A stretch of 64,000 nucleotides of DNA from Oscillospiraceae bacterium (GCA_045643645.1 JAZULF010000027.1:8894-72893), one strand, 5' to 3'. Counted from the first letter of the stretch, positions 27,816 through 38,124 are shown. Notes: a model not told the origin generated them from the sequence alone. Translations and numbers: made by a program.

Positions 27816-28850
27816 TCAGTTGTGCATTTCTCTGCAGCGCTGGAAGTTCATCATACCGTCCTGCATGAAATCAAGTCTTGAGAGCATCTTGCCTGCGCCG
27901 TGTACCGCACATGCAACGGGGTCATCGACAACCATTGTGTGAATGCCGGTGCTCTTTTCAATCATTCTATCCAAGCCGTAAATCATGCAACCGCCGCCGG
28001 ACATGATTATGCCGTTTTCGCCCAGGTCACCGATAAGCTCGGGAGGAGTGCGCTCAAGCACGGAATGAACGCTTTCAAGAATGTAGCTTGCAGGCTCCTT
28101 AAGTACCTCAACAAGCTCGGAAGCGCAGACCTCAACAGTCTTGGGCAGACCGTTTACAAGATCTCTTCCCTTTACCTCTTCAATGGAGTCAGTTGTTGCT
28201 CTGGGCTCAACGCCGCCGATATTAATCTTAATCTCTTCAGCGGTTCTTGCGCCGATGAGCATATTGTGCTTCTTCTTGATGTATCTGATAATTGCTTCAT
28301 CAAAGCTAAGACCTGCAACCTTGATGGATTCGCATTCGGCAACGCCGCCCATGGAAACAACAGCAACCTCGGTAGTACCGCCGCCGATGTCGATAACCAT
28401 ATGACCGTCTGCTTTGCCGATATCTACGCCTGCACCGACTGCGGTTGCAACTGCGGTTTCAACGAGATAAACCTTGCGTGCGCCTGCTTCAATGGCAGCG
28501 TCGATGATTGCTCTTTCCTCAACGCCGGATATGCTGCTGGGAACACACATAAGAAGGCGGGGCTTGAAAAGGCTGAAGGATGTAACCTTGCCGACAAGCT
28601 CACGAAGCATCATTGCGGACATATCGTAGTCGGAAATTACACCCGAGTTTATGGGATGAATTGCAACTACATTAGCAGGAGTGCGTCCGAGTGTTTTCTT
28701 AGCATCCTCGCCCATTTTGAGCATTCTGCCGGAGTTTTTATCAACTGCGACAACGGTAGGCTCACGCAGAACAACTCCGCTGCCCTGCAAAAACACCTGA
28801 GTAGTCGCCGTACCCATATCAACTGCAATATCTCTTTCAAATATAACCAT
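27816..28850 (-). CDS. mreB: Rod-shape-determining actin homologue MreB/Mbl
   Basis: DMGTATTQVF, DIGGGTTEVAV and GGGCMIYGLD actin-fold motifs. ATG 28850 with GGAG upstream. Confidence 0.9.
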   Translation of the reverse strand: MVIFERDIAVDMGTATTQVFLQGSGVVLREPTVVAVDKNSGRMLKMGEDAKKTLGRTPANVVAIHPINSGVISDYDMSAMMLRELVGKVTSFSLFKPRLLMCVPSSISGVEERAIIDAAIEAGARKVYLVETAVATAVGAGVDIGKADGHMVIDIGGGTTEVAVVSMGGVAECESIKVAGLSFDEAIIRYIKKKHNMLIGARTAEEIKINIGGVEPRATTDSIEEVKGRDLVNGLPKTVEVCASELVEVLKEPASYILESVHSVLERTPPELIGDLGENGIIMSGGGCMIYGLDRMIEKSTGIHTMVVDDPVACAVHGAGKMLSRLDFMQDGMMNFQRCREMHN

Positions 28851-28919
28851 GGTTTTCTCCAATCTGCCGCGTAGCCGCAGCGATTATACTGTAATAATTC
28901 TATCCTGATTTTGCTGAAA

Positions 28920-29576
28920 TCAATCCTCGCGCCGTGCGAGAGTTATGGCATACACAGCCTCAGCACCCGAGTTTTCAAGCATTCTTGCGCATTCGGAAAG
29001 CGTAGCACCCGTTGTAACCACATCATCAACGAGAAGAATGTGCTTGCCCTTGAGCTTTCGATCATCACTAACCCTATACGCGCCTACAACATTCGCAGCG
29101 CGCTGCTTACGGTCTTTTATAGTAGACTGCGCCTTGTTGTTCTTAATCTTTTTAAGCGTAGACACACAGGGTACGCCCGTATTTTTTGAAATCTGTCGTG
29201 CAAGCAGCTCAGACTGATTGTAGCCTCTGTGCTTCTGCCTTTTTCGACTCAGCGGAATATATGATATCATATCAATACTGCCGCAATCAAGATTATTTTC
29301 AGCGCAATCGGACATTATTGCGCCAAATCTTCGGTTGTAGCAGGATGAACCCCCGAATTTGTATCTGAGCACCGCTTCCCGGACATTGTCCTTGTAATAC
29401 AAGGGTGATATGCATTTATTCACAAACGGAAACTTCTGACAGATGCTGTCGCCCTTGGTATATGGCAGTGTTTTTTCGCATTCAATGCACAAATCGGACT
29501 TGTCCAATACTGTGCCGCAAAAAACGCATTTAGGCGGATATATCAAGTCGAGAATGAAGTTAATAATCTTGCTCAT
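28920..29576 (-). CDS. comFC: ComF family protein (ComFC-type phosphoribosyltransferase-fold)
   Basis: N-terminal Cys4 finger (PPKCVFCG...CIECEK), PRTase motif LLVDDVVTTGATL. TGATG overlap with the recD2 stop. Confidence 0.85.
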   Translation of the reverse strand: MSKIINFILDLIYPPKCVFCGTVLDKSDLCIECEKTLPYTKGDSICQKFPFVNKCISPLYYKDNVREAVLRYKFGGSSCYNRRFGAIMSDCAENNLDCGSIDMISYIPLSRKRQKHRGYNQSELLARQISKNTGVPCVSTLKKIKNNKAQSTIKDRKQRAANVVGAYRVSDDRKLKGKHILLVDDVVTTGATLSECARMLENSGAEAVYAITLARRED

Positions 29577-31771
29577 CAGTTAATCAGCCTCAGGCGCAGT
29601 GCGCTGTATCGTCTTGACTGCTTGTTGTTGTCAATCATTCTGTGTGCGATTGCGTCATCGCCGACCATAATCAGCAGTTCCTTTGCTCTTGTCACCGCGG
29701 TATAAAGCACACCGCGTGTAAGCAGCATCTGAACTCCGCTGTTAAGCGCAAGAATAACCGCTCTGTATTCGCTGCCCTGCGATTTATGTACTGTAAGAGC
29801 CCATGCGTGCTCAAGCTCATTGAGCATATCAAAGCCGTAGCAGGCGAGCTTATCCTCAAAATCAACGGTGAGCGTTTCTGTAATGGGGTCAATTGAAGCG
29901 ATTGTACCGATATCACCGTTATAAACACCTGCGCCGCTGACCCCTCCTGCGGTCTTCCACATAATATCGTAGTTGTTTTTTATTTGAATAACCCTATCGC
30001 CTACTCTAAATACAGTTTCACCGAAGAGCTTTTCCTTTTTGCTCTCATCGGCTGGATTTAGTGCATTCTGCAGGCATTTGTTGAGATTTGCCGTGCCGTT
30101 TTCGCCCTTTCGGGTCGGTGAAAGCACCTGAATTTGATTTGCAGGTATTTTCATATTCTCGGGCAATCTGCGCGCGCACAATTCAACAATTGTTTCAACC
30201 GCAGTTCCGCCCTGAAGTCTTTTAAGCCTGAAGAAATCTCCGGAGTTTTCTTCGAAATTGGGATGCTCTCCCCCGTTTATCATGTGAGCATTACGCACAA
30301 TCTTGCTATCGCTTTTCTGTCTGAAAATCTCGGTAAGGCTTATAGTCGGCACAATTTCGCTTCTGATTATGTCTGAAAACACATTGCCCGGACCTACAGA
30401 CGGCAGCTGGTCGGCATCTCCGACAAGTACAAGTCTGCAGCTCGGTCTGATTGCCTCAAGAATGGCACTCATAAGCGTTATATCTATCATTGAGCACTCG
30501 TCAAGAATCAAGGCATCGCATTTAAGCGGGTCATCCGCGTCCTTTGTAAATACTACGGACTCGCCGTCCTCGGACATTTTTGCGCCGAGAAGTCTGTGAA
30601 TTGTTGATGCATCCTTACCGCTTAGCTCACTCATTCTCTTAGCTGCTCTGCCAGTGGGTGCAGCAAGATAGGTTTCAAGCTCAAGCTCATCGTAAAGCTT
30701 GAGAATGCCCTTGAGAATGGTTGTCTTACCCGTGCCGGGACCACCGGTGATTACAAGCACCTGATGATTTGAAGCAAGCTCAATTGCCTTCTTCTGCATA
30801 GGCGCATAGCTTATACCATATATGTTTTCAAGTCTTGCTATAAACTTCTCTGCATTCAAGCCGCTCCTGCAGCTTGTTTTGGCCATTTGCTTGATTCTAT
30901 CTGCCGTATTACTCTCAGCCTCATAAAGCTCGGTAAGATAGCAGACATTAAGGTTTGCAACAGTGTCACAAATTACGCTATTGCTCTCGGCGAGCTTATC
31001 AAGTGCCTCATCAACAAGCTCGGGAGATACCGAAATCAGCTGCGCGGTTGCCGCAACGAGCTTATCTCTCGGAATAAAGCAATGACCGTTACCCGAGTTG
31101 TGCTGCAGCTCAAACACCGCCGCAGCGGAAATTCTGTTAATACTGTCCCCTTCTATTCCAAGCTCAAGCGCAAGATTATCAGCCTCCGCAAAGCTTGCAC
31201 CTATATGGCTTGCGGAAATTATGTACGGATTTTCATGTACAACCTCAAGCGCCGAATCACCGTAGGATTTATATAATTTCAGCGCAATCAAAGGCTGAAT
31301 ACTGTACGCACAGAGGAATTCTGTGAGTCTGCGGACACCTGCCTGCTTTTTGAAGCTTGCGCAGATATCCTTTGCCTTAGAAGCACCGATGCCCTTGATT
31401 TCTGCAAGTCTTTCGGGCTGCATTTCAAGCACATCAAGCGATTTTTCTCCGAATCTGTCAACAATCATTGCGGCAGTTGCGGGGCCTATTCCCCTGACTG
31501 TGCCGCCTGCAAGATATTCATATATTGCGTCGGCAGAGGTCGGCAGCAATCTGTTTGATTGCTCGATTTTGAACTGTCTGCCGTGCTGCGCGTGAGTCAT
31601 CCATGTGCCTTCTGCGGAAATCATCTCGCCGGGAGCAATATACGGCAGGCAACCAACAGCGGTTACTATTTCTCCGATATCCTGCTCAATGCGTACTACC
31701 GCATAGCCGTTTTCGTCATTTCTGTAGATTACAGAGCTTATTATTCCGTTTATCTCAGTTAGCTCGACCAT
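29576..31771 (-). CDS. recD2: RecD2-type SF1B ATP-dependent DNA helicase
   Basis: 731 aa; HhH region, Walker A ITGGPGTGKTT, LILDECSM, LVGDADQLPSVGPG, TVHKSQGSE. Confidence 0.9.
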   Translation of the reverse strand: MVELTEINGIISSVIYRNDENGYAVVRIEQDIGEIVTAVGCLPYIAPGEMISAEGTWMTHAQHGRQFKIEQSNRLLPTSADAIYEYLAGGTVRGIGPATAAMIVDRFGEKSLDVLEMQPERLAEIKGIGASKAKDICASFKKQAGVRRLTEFLCAYSIQPLIALKLYKSYGDSALEVVHENPYIISASHIGASFAEADNLALELGIEGDSINRISAAAVFELQHNSGNGHCFIPRDKLVAATAQLISVSPELVDEALDKLAESNSVICDTVANLNVCYLTELYEAESNTADRIKQMAKTSCRSGLNAEKFIARLENIYGISYAPMQKKAIELASNHQVLVITGGPGTGKTTILKGILKLYDELELETYLAAPTGRAAKRMSELSGKDASTIHRLLGAKMSEDGESVVFTKDADDPLKCDALILDECSMIDITLMSAILEAIRPSCRLVLVGDADQLPSVGPGNVFSDIIRSEIVPTISLTEIFRQKSDSKIVRNAHMINGGEHPNFEENSGDFFRLKRLQGGTAVETIVELCARRLPENMKIPANQIQVLSPTRKGENGTANLNKCLQNALNPADESKKEKLFGETVFRVGDRVIQIKNNYDIMWKTAGGVSGAGVYNGDIGTIASIDPITETLTVDFEDKLACYGFDMLNELEHAWALTVHKSQGSEYRAVILALNSGVQMLLTRGVLYTAVTRAKELLIMVGDDAIAHRMIDNNKQSRRYSALRLRLIN

Positions 31772-32084
31772 AGATTTCTCCGTGTTCTGAAAGTGTAATG
31801 TAGCTGTAATTATCAGCGTAGGTTCTTGCTATATGCATTGTAAGCTCATCGCAGCTGCTTAAATTAAGATGAATGCCAGCCTTCAATGTACCGTTTTCAC
31901 TTAGCCATACAAGACCTTTAAGGGTCTGCTCAAGCATCGGTTCGCTGCCCTCAACATCTATAATTATGCCTATGCGCGTACTTTTCCCTATGCTTACGGG
32001 TGTAAGCAATATCCCCTTCAGGCTCCAAATAACAAGAACGATAATTGACGCTATTGCAAGCCCTATGACAAAGTTTTCAGCCAT
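31755..32084 (-). CDS. Hypothetical small membrane-anchored protein
   Basis: 109 aa, one N-terminal TM (FVIGLAIASIIVLVIWSL). Strong AAGGAGG RBS; 17-nt overlap with the recD2 start. No family recognised. Confidence 0.55.
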   Translation of the reverse strand: MAENFVIGLAIASIIVLVIWSLKGILLTPVSIGKSTRIGIIIDVEGSEPMLEQTLKGLVWLSENGTLKAGIHLNLSSCDELTMHIARTYADNYSYITLSEHGEIYGRAN

Positions 32085-32131
32085 ACCCCTGCCCCTCCTT
32101 TGTTTATTATATGGAGCAGAGTCATATTTGG

Positions 32132-34966
32132 TTATATTAGCTTTTTAAGAAACTTACCCGTGTAGCTTTCTTCAAAAGCAGCACATTGCTCGGGAGTTCC
32201 GGTGAAAACTACATTTCCGCCGCCGCTGCCGCCCTCGGGACCGAGGTCGATGATATAGTCAGCGCATTTTATTACATCGAGATTGTGCTCGATAATTATC
32301 ACCGTGTTGCCCGCATCCGCGAGCTTGTCGATAATGTGAATAAGCTTATGCACATCCGCCATGTGCAGACCCGTTGTAGGCTCGTCAAGCACATAGACAG
32401 TTGAGCCCGTGCTGCGCTTTGAAAGCTCAGTTGCAAGCTTTACGCGCTGTGCCTCACCGCCTGAAAGAGTTGTGCTGGATTGACCGATCTTAATATAGCC
32501 GAGGCCGACCTCGTAAAGAGTATCAAGCTTACTGCGAATCTTGGGTATATTTGCAAAGAATGAGCAGGCTTCCTCAACGGTCATATCAAGGACCTCATAG
32601 ATGTTCTTGCCCTTGTATCTTACCTCGAGGGTCTCGCGGTTGTAGCGCTTACCCTTACATACATCGCAGGGTACATAAACATCGGGCAGGAAGTGCATTT
32701 CAATCTTCTGCAGACCGTCACCCTTGCAGGCCTCACAGCGTCCGCCCTTGACATTGAATGAGAATCTACCCGAGTTATAGCCTCTTATCTTCGCATCCTC
32801 AGTTGCGGCAAAAAGCTCGCGAATGTCGTTGAACAGTCCCGTATATGTTGCAGGATTTGAGCGCGGAGTTCTGCCGATAGGGCTTTGGTCAATGTTAATT
32901 ACCTTATCGATGTCTTCAAGACCGAACACACCGTCACAGACGCCCGGTTTTGTTTTTGCGCGGTTTTTAATCTGCGCAATTGTCTTATACAGAATTTCAT
33001 TAACAAGCGATGATTTACCGCTGCCTGATACGCCCGTTACGCATGTTACAACGCCCTTGGGGAACGCAACATCAATGTTATTCAGATTATGCTCTCTTGC
33101 GCCCTTGACCGTTATATAGCCCTTATCCGTTGCTCTTCTTGCTGACGGAACGGGAATTTTCTTTACACCGCTGAGGTACTGTCCTGTAAGAGACCTTTCG
33201 CAGGCGCAGATATCCTCAACAGTACCTGCACATACTACCTCGCCGCCGTGCACACCTGCCTCGGGACCTATATCAACAATATAATCAGCGGTTCTGATTG
33301 TGTCCTCATCGTGCTCGACAACTATAAGCGTATTGCCCAAATCTCTTAGATTTTGCAGTGTTTTTAAGAGCTTTTCATTATCGCGCTGATGAAGACCGAT
33401 GCTCGGCTCATCAAGAATGTACAGAACGCCCATAAGAGATGCGCCTATCTGAGTTGCAAGTCTTATTCGCTGACTTTCACCGCCCGAAAGAGTTGCCGCA
33501 CCGCGTGAAAGTGTCAGATACTGAAGTCCGACATTTTTAAGGAAGCCGAGTCTGACCTTTATTTCCTTTATAATTCGCTCTGCAATTATCTTTTCCTTTT
33601 CGCTGAGAACAAGTCCGTCAACGAAGTCGATTGCATCAACAATGGACATATCGCCCATCTCCGCAATATTCTTACCGCCAACCGTTACCGCGAGCGCTTC
33701 CTTGCGAAGCCTGAGTCCGTGGCAGCTCGGGCAGCATATCTCGGACATACATTCCTCAATCTCCGCTCGCATTGCAGGGCTTTGTGTTTCGTGATAACGG
33801 CGCTCAAGATTGTTACAGATACCCTCAAACGGTTTCTTGAATGTACCCGAGAACGAGCCTGACCTGCTCTCGCGGTCATACTGGAGGTCAAGCGCCTCAC
33901 CCTTTGTGCCGTAAAGCAGAACATTCTTTACTTCGGCTGCAAGCTCATTGATGGGCGTTGTCATTGAAAAGCCGTACTTCTTTGCCAACGCATTGTAGTA
34001 CATTTTCGCAATTGAATCATTGCCGTTGCTGTTCCAGCCCGATGCCTTAATCGCGCCGTCAGCAAGGCTGAGGCTGTCATCGGGAATTATCAACTCGGGG
34101 TCAATTAGAAGCTGCATACCGAGACCGTCGCAGGTAGGACAAGCACCGTAGGGGGTGTTGAATGAGAACATGCGCGGTGTAAGCTCTTCAATTGATATAC
34201 CGCAATCCTCGCAAGCGTAATTCTGCGAGAACATTATCTCACGCTTTTCGCTTACTATATCAGCAATAATAAGACCGCCTGCCAACGATGCCGCGGTTTC
34301 AACGGAGTCTGTAAGTCTTCTTACTATATCAGGCTTGATGACAATTCTGTCTACAATGATTTCAATACTGTGCTTTTTGTTCTTTTCAAGCTGTATCGTT
34401 TCAGATAGCTCGTATATACTTCCGTCAACGCGTGCGCGTACATAACCCGACTTGCGAGCATCCTCAAATACCTTTACATACTCTCCCTTGCGGGCACGGA
34501 CAACGGGAGCGAGTATCTGAAGCTTTGTACCCTCGGGCAGAAGCATCAACTGGTCAATTATCTGGTCAATTGTCTGCTGCTTGATTTCCTTGCCGCACTT
34601 AGGACAGTGTGGAACGCCGATACGCGCCCACAAAAGGCGCATATAGTCGTATATTTCAGTTACAGTGCCGACTGTTGAGCGCGGATTTCTTGAGCTTGTC
34701 TTCTGGTCAATCGAGATTGCTGGCGAAAGTCCCTGAATGAAGTCAAGCTCGGGCTTATCCATTTGCCCGAGGAATTGCCTTGCGTATGAGGAAAGACTTT
34801 CAACATACCTTCTCTGTCCTTCTGCATATATGGTATCAAAGGCAAGACTTGATTTGCCGCTGCCCGATACGCCGGTCATGACTACAAGCTTATCTCTCGG
34901 AATTTCTATATCAATATTTTTTAGGTTATTTGCTCTTGCGCCTTTAATAATTATCTTATCGTTCAT
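32132..34966 (-). CDS. uvrA: Excinuclease ABC subunit A
   Basis: 944 aa; two ABC modules (GVSGSGKSS twice, LSGGE signatures) and zinc fingers. Confidence 0.97.
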   Translation of the reverse strand: MNDKIIIKGARANNLKNIDIEIPRDKLVVMTGVSGSGKSSLAFDTIYAEGQRRYVESLSSYARQFLGQMDKPELDFIQGLSPAISIDQKTSSRNPRSTVGTVTEIYDYMRLLWARIGVPHCPKCGKEIKQQTIDQIIDQLMLLPEGTKLQILAPVVRARKGEYVKVFEDARKSGYVRARVDGSIYELSETIQLEKNKKHSIEIIVDRIVIKPDIVRRLTDSVETAASLAGGLIIADIVSEKREIMFSQNYACEDCGISIEELTPRMFSFNTPYGACPTCDGLGMQLLIDPELIIPDDSLSLADGAIKASGWNSNGNDSIAKMYYNALAKKYGFSMTTPINELAAEVKNVLLYGTKGEALDLQYDRESRSGSFSGTFKKPFEGICNNLERRYHETQSPAMRAEIEECMSEICCPSCHGLRLRKEALAVTVGGKNIAEMGDMSIVDAIDFVDGLVLSEKEKIIAERIIKEIKVRLGFLKNVGLQYLTLSRGAATLSGGESQRIRLATQIGASLMGVLYILDEPSIGLHQRDNEKLLKTLQNLRDLGNTLIVVEHDEDTIRTADYIVDIGPEAGVHGGEVVCAGTVEDICACERSLTGQYLSGVKKIPVPSARRATDKGYITVKGAREHNLNNIDVAFPKGVVTCVTGVSGSGKSSLVNEILYKTIAQIKNRAKTKPGVCDGVFGLEDIDKVINIDQSPIGRTPRSNPATYTGLFNDIRELFAATEDAKIRGYNSGRFSFNVKGGRCEACKGDGLQKIEMHFLPDVYVPCDVCKGKRYNRETLEVRYKGKNIYEVLDMTVEEACSFFANIPKIRSKLDTLYEVGLGYIKIGQSSTTLSGGEAQRVKLATELSKRSTGSTVYVLDEPTTGLHMADVHKLIHIIDKLADAGNTVIIIEHNLDVIKCADYIIDLGPEGGSGGGNVVFTGTPEQCAAFEESYTGKFLKKLI

Positions 34967-34969
34967 TAT

Positions 34970-35443
34970 TTACACCAAATCCGCATATACTCCGCGGGTA
35001 ATTTTTACTAATTCATCGGGATTAAGCTCTACCTGATACCCGATTTTTCCTGCACTGACCATAATTGTTTCCTTGTCGGCAGCACTGGAATTGAAAAATG
35101 TCTTAAACTGCTTTTTCATACCTATAGGCGAGCATCCGCCGCGGACATAGCCTGTGAGTGCGTTGATTTCACTGACATGAATCATGGCAACCGATTTTTC
35201 TCCGCACGCCTTTGCCGCTTTTTTTAGCTCAAGCTCAGCTGTAACTGGAATAACAAAAACATATACGGTTTTACTTGCGCCTCGTGCAACAAGAGTTTTG
35301 AATACTCTTTCGGGGTCCTGACCGCATATTTCGGCAACTGTTCTGCCGTCAACCGCTTCATCTCCGTGCGGATATTCATGCGCAGTGTATTTTATCTTTT
35401 TCTGCTCAAGCAGACGCATTACATTTGTTTTCTGTTCTTTCAT
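34970..35443 (-). CDS. ybaK: Cys-tRNA(Pro)/Cys-tRNA(Cys) deacylase YbaK/EbsC
   Basis: MKEQKTNVMRLLEQKKIKYTAHEY...TLVARG...GYVRGGCSPIGMKK. Start at ATG 35443 (GAGGTG RBS). The longer ORF-track N-terminus runs through the tetR terminator hairpin. Confidence 0.85.
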   Translation of the reverse strand: MKEQKTNVMRLLEQKKIKYTAHEYPHGDEAVDGRTVAEICGQDPERVFKTLVARGASKTVYVFVIPVTAELELKKAAKACGEKSVAMIHVSEINALTGYVRGGCSPIGMKKQFKTFFNSSAADKETIMVSAGKIGYQVELNPDELVKITRGVYADLV

Positions 35444-35499
35444 ATTCCGCACCTCGCTTAACTGATTTATTATACCCTTTTTTCGTTTTAGTTTCAACT

Positions 35500-35535
35500 G
35501 AAAAAACGGACCTTCGTTAAGCACGAAAGTCCGTT
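35500..35535 (-). terminator. Rho-independent terminator after the TetR gene
   Basis: Minus strand: ACGGACTTTCG-loop-CGAAGGTCCGT (one mismatch) followed by TTTTTT. Confidence 0.55.
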
Positions 35536-35548
35536 TCTAAAGCCTAAA

Positions 35549-36106
35549 TCAGCTCTTCTGATATCTTGCAAGCATATTTTCAACGCTGCCATCAAGCATT
35601 TTAATGAATTTCTCCTCGGTAACCTCGGGAGGCAGCTCCATATTCATATCGAGCCACTGAGAAATTAGGCCTACAACGCCGTTTGCATAGAACTCACAAA
35701 CAAACTCAAGGTCTGACCACTCAATGTTCATACCCTCTGCAACGATAACCGCAAAGCCGTGAATGCAGTAGTGAAGTCTGCGCTTAAAGTAACGCAGCAG
35801 ATAAGAGCGGTTCTGAGAATTGAAAATATTCAGAACGAAGGATTTATTATCATAGAGGTAGTGGAAAAACATCAGGACATTTTCGCGCCACTCATCGTAT
35901 AATATCTCCTGAGGAAGAACTCTGTTTGCGTCCTCCTCAAATACCCACTCAAGAAGGTCATACACATCATCAAAATGATAATAGAAGGTCTGGCGGTTTA
36001 CTCCGCACTCTTCAACAAGGTCCTTAACTGTGATTTTATCGATAGGCTTAACCGAAAGCATTTTCTTCAGCGCGTTGCCCAGTGCTTCCTTAGTAGAGCT
36101 TGCCAT
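35549..36106 (-). CDS. TetR/AcrR family transcriptional regulator
   Basis: 185 aa; HTH KITVKDLVEECGVNRQTFYYHF. AAGGAG RBS. Confidence 0.85.
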   Translation of the reverse strand: MASSTKEALGNALKKMLSVKPIDKITVKDLVEECGVNRQTFYYHFDDVYDLLEWVFEEDANRVLPQEILYDEWRENVLMFFHYLYDNKSFVLNIFNSQNRSYLLRYFKRRLHYCIHGFAVIVAEGMNIEWSDLEFVCEFYANGVVGLISQWLDMNMELPPEVTEEKFIKMLDGSVENMLARYQKS

Positions 36107-36234
36107 AGTTTTTCTCCTTTTTTGTGTTATTAATATTACTTATACCATATATTTTTGAAAATTAATAGTTAAATATTTAAATTTTCGAATAAATATGATT
36201 AAATATATTTAAAAACTCGCAGAAAAGAGCAGTT

Positions 36235-37170
36235 ATGAATAACAATAAAACAGTAGTCGGCAGATACGCACCCAGTCCGAGTGGAATTATGCATCTCGGT
36301 AACATTGCCACTTCCCTGCTAACCTGGCTTGATGTGCGCTCTGCTCGCGGAAAAATCATCTTTCGTATGGAAGACCTTGACCCTGACAGAAGCTCAGCGG
36401 CATTTGCCGACGGCATTGCAGATGACCTAAGCTACCTCGGGCTCGACTGGGACAAGGGCTGGAACAAGGATAAAGCAAGTGAATATGCTCAAAGCAACCG
36501 CACCGGATTGTATGATGATGCGTTTAAGCTTCTGTTGAACCGCGAAATGATCTATCCCTGCTATTGCAGCAGAAGTCAGCGCCTTGCCGCATCGGCACCG
36601 CACCCCGGTGAGGAACGGATTGATTACGGCTGCAAGTGCAGGCATCTGTCCCCGTCCGAGCGTTCAATACTTGAAGCAAGCGGCAAAAGGCCCGCATGGA
36701 AGGTGAAGGTTCCCGACAGGGAAATCGCTTTCATTGACAGTAACTATGGCTTGCAGAAAGAAAATCTTGCCGATAGCGGTGACTTTATAATTAAGCGCTC
36801 AGACGGCGTATATGCCTATCAGCTTGCCGCATCCTTTGATGATATGGATATGGGTATCACCCGCGTTGTACGCGGTAGGGATTTACTTAGCTCTACCGCA
36901 CGGCAGATATGGCTGATAACCGAACTCGGCGGAACGCCTCCCGATTATTGCCACGCTCCGCTTATTGTCTCCGAGGACAAGAAAAAAATGTCCAAGCGCG
37001 ACGGTGCGTTGAACATTAAAATGCTGAAACAGAAGTACTCATCTGAGGAAATAATAGGCAAGCTTGCTTTGTGCTTAAATCTTTCAGACGGCAAACCCAT
37101 CACTCCGCGGGATTTATTGTACAGCTTTGATTGGAGCAAAATTCCGAAAAACGATATAATAATTAAATGA
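36235..37170 (+). CDS. gluQ: tRNA glutamyl-Q(34) synthetase (truncated GluRS paralogue)
   Basis: 311 aa without an anticodon-binding domain. GRYAPSPSGIMHLGN (HIGH class), KMSKR, and a Zn cluster pattern CYC...YGCKC. Confidence 0.82.
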   Translation: MNNNKTVVGRYAPSPSGIMHLGNIATSLLTWLDVRSARGKIIFRMEDLDPDRSSAAFADGIADDLSYLGLDWDKGWNKDKASEYAQSNRTGLYDDAFKLLLNREMIYPCYCSRSQRLAASAPHPGEERIDYGCKCRHLSPSERSILEASGKRPAWKVKVPDREIAFIDSNYGLQKENLADSGDFIIKRSDGVYAYQLAASFDDMDMGITRVVRGRDLLSSTARQIWLITELGGTPPDYCHAPLIVSEDKKKMSKRDGALNIKMLKQKYSSEEIIGKLALCLNLSDGKPITPRDLLYSFDWSKIPKNDIIIK

Positions 37171-37197
37171 AGCCCTCAAATGAGGGCTTCATTTTTA
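37169..37197. terminator. Bidirectional terminator (gluQ on +, HAD gene on -)
   Basis: GAAGCCCTC-AAAT-GAGGGCTTC followed by ATTTTT. It overlaps both stop codons. Confidence 0.6.
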
Positions 37198-37986
37198 GTT
37201 TGCTTTCAGGATTTCAGCAATCTCTGCAACATTATTTAGAACATAATCGGGTTTTCTTTCGGCTGCATTTATATCGTCCATCGTGCTTTCGCCTGAAAGA
37301 ACGCAAACAGATACAGCACCTGCATTCTGAGCAACAGCAATATCGGTGTACAGTCTGTCACCTACGCAGCAGATATTTTCATTGGGAACACCGGTCTTCA
37401 TTGATATAATGTCGACCATATTTCTGTTGGGCTTACCGATGAATTCGGGCTTAACACCGCTTGATGCGGTGAGGAGTGCGCAAATACTGCCGCAGTCGGG
37501 CAGAACCTCGTCAGCAGGCATCGGGCATACCCAATCGGGATTTGCTGCGATAAATGCCGCACCGCGGCGCAGATAATGCACTGCCTTATCGAGCTTTTCG
37601 TAGGTAAGCTCTGTATCAAAGCCAACACAAACTACCTTTACATCGTCCTCGCCAAGCTTTACACCGTAGCTTTCAAGCTCACCCATAAAGGCCTTTGTGC
37701 CGACGGGGTATACAGTACAGCCGGGGAACTTATTGTTAAGATACATTGCGGTTGCCATACCTGATGTAAAAACATTATCCATTTCGCAGGGGAAGCCGAG
37801 TCTGCGGAGTCTTGTTACATAGTCGACACCTGCGCGGGATGAGTTGTTGGTCAGATAAATATACTCTCTGCCGGTAGCCTTGATTGTATCAATAAAATCA
37901 ACCGCACCGTCAAAAACATCATCACCGAGGTAAAGAGTGCCGTCCATATCCAAAAGAAACAGCTTTGTGTTAAGCAGCTTATCCAT
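37195..37986 (-). CDS. HAD-IIA family phosphatase (NagD-like)
   Basis: FLLDMDGTLY (DxDGT), TNNS, CVGDRLYTDI motifs. ATG 37986 preferred over TTG 37989. Confidence 0.85.
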   Translation of the reverse strand: MDKLLNTKLFLLDMDGTLYLGDDVFDGAVDFIDTIKATGREYIYLTNNSSRAGVDYVTRLRRLGFPCEMDNVFTSGMATAMYLNNKFPGCTVYPVGTKAFMGELESYGVKLGEDDVKVVCVGFDTELTYEKLDKAVHYLRRGAAFIAANPDWVCPMPADEVLPDCGSICALLTASSGVKPEFIGKPNRNMVDIISMKTGVPNENICCVGDRLYTDIAVAQNAGAVSVCVLSGESTMDDINAAERKPDYVLNNVAEIAEILKAN

Positions 37987-38066
37987 CAAATCTTGCTCCT
38001 ATCTTTAATTTAACATTTGCATTATATAGCCAAAGCAGCCTAAAATCAACTTATAACTATATATTC

Positions 38067-38094
38067 TTGCAAAAGGTTCCAATTATGATAGAAT
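38067..38094 (+). promoter_or_regulatory. Candidate sigma-A promoter of the GH2 gene (TTGCAA-16-TGaTAGAAT)
   Basis: TTGCAA 38067-38072, 16-nt spacer ending in TGA, TAGAAT 38089-38094. Confidence 0.45.
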
Positions 38095-38124
38095 AACAGC
38101 AAGACTATACAACGGAGAATTGCT

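Noticed and set aside
27900-28874. 324-aa + ORF antisense to mreB
   Set aside because: Same reasoning: the sense strand carries all the actin-fold motifs, and the antisense product is low-complexity (Cys/Asn/Gly/Ala-rich) with no start context.
35444-35524. 27-codon N-terminal extension of ybaK in the ORF track
   Set aside because: The extension runs through the terminator hairpin of the upstream TetR gene (35500-35535). ATG 35443 has a GAGGTG RBS and starts the conserved YbaK N-terminus.
36177-36416. 79-aa minus-strand ORF overlapping the gluQ start
   Set aside because: It is antisense to the gluQ N-terminus (which has the HLGN motif) and extends into the AT-rich promoter region. It has no RBS.
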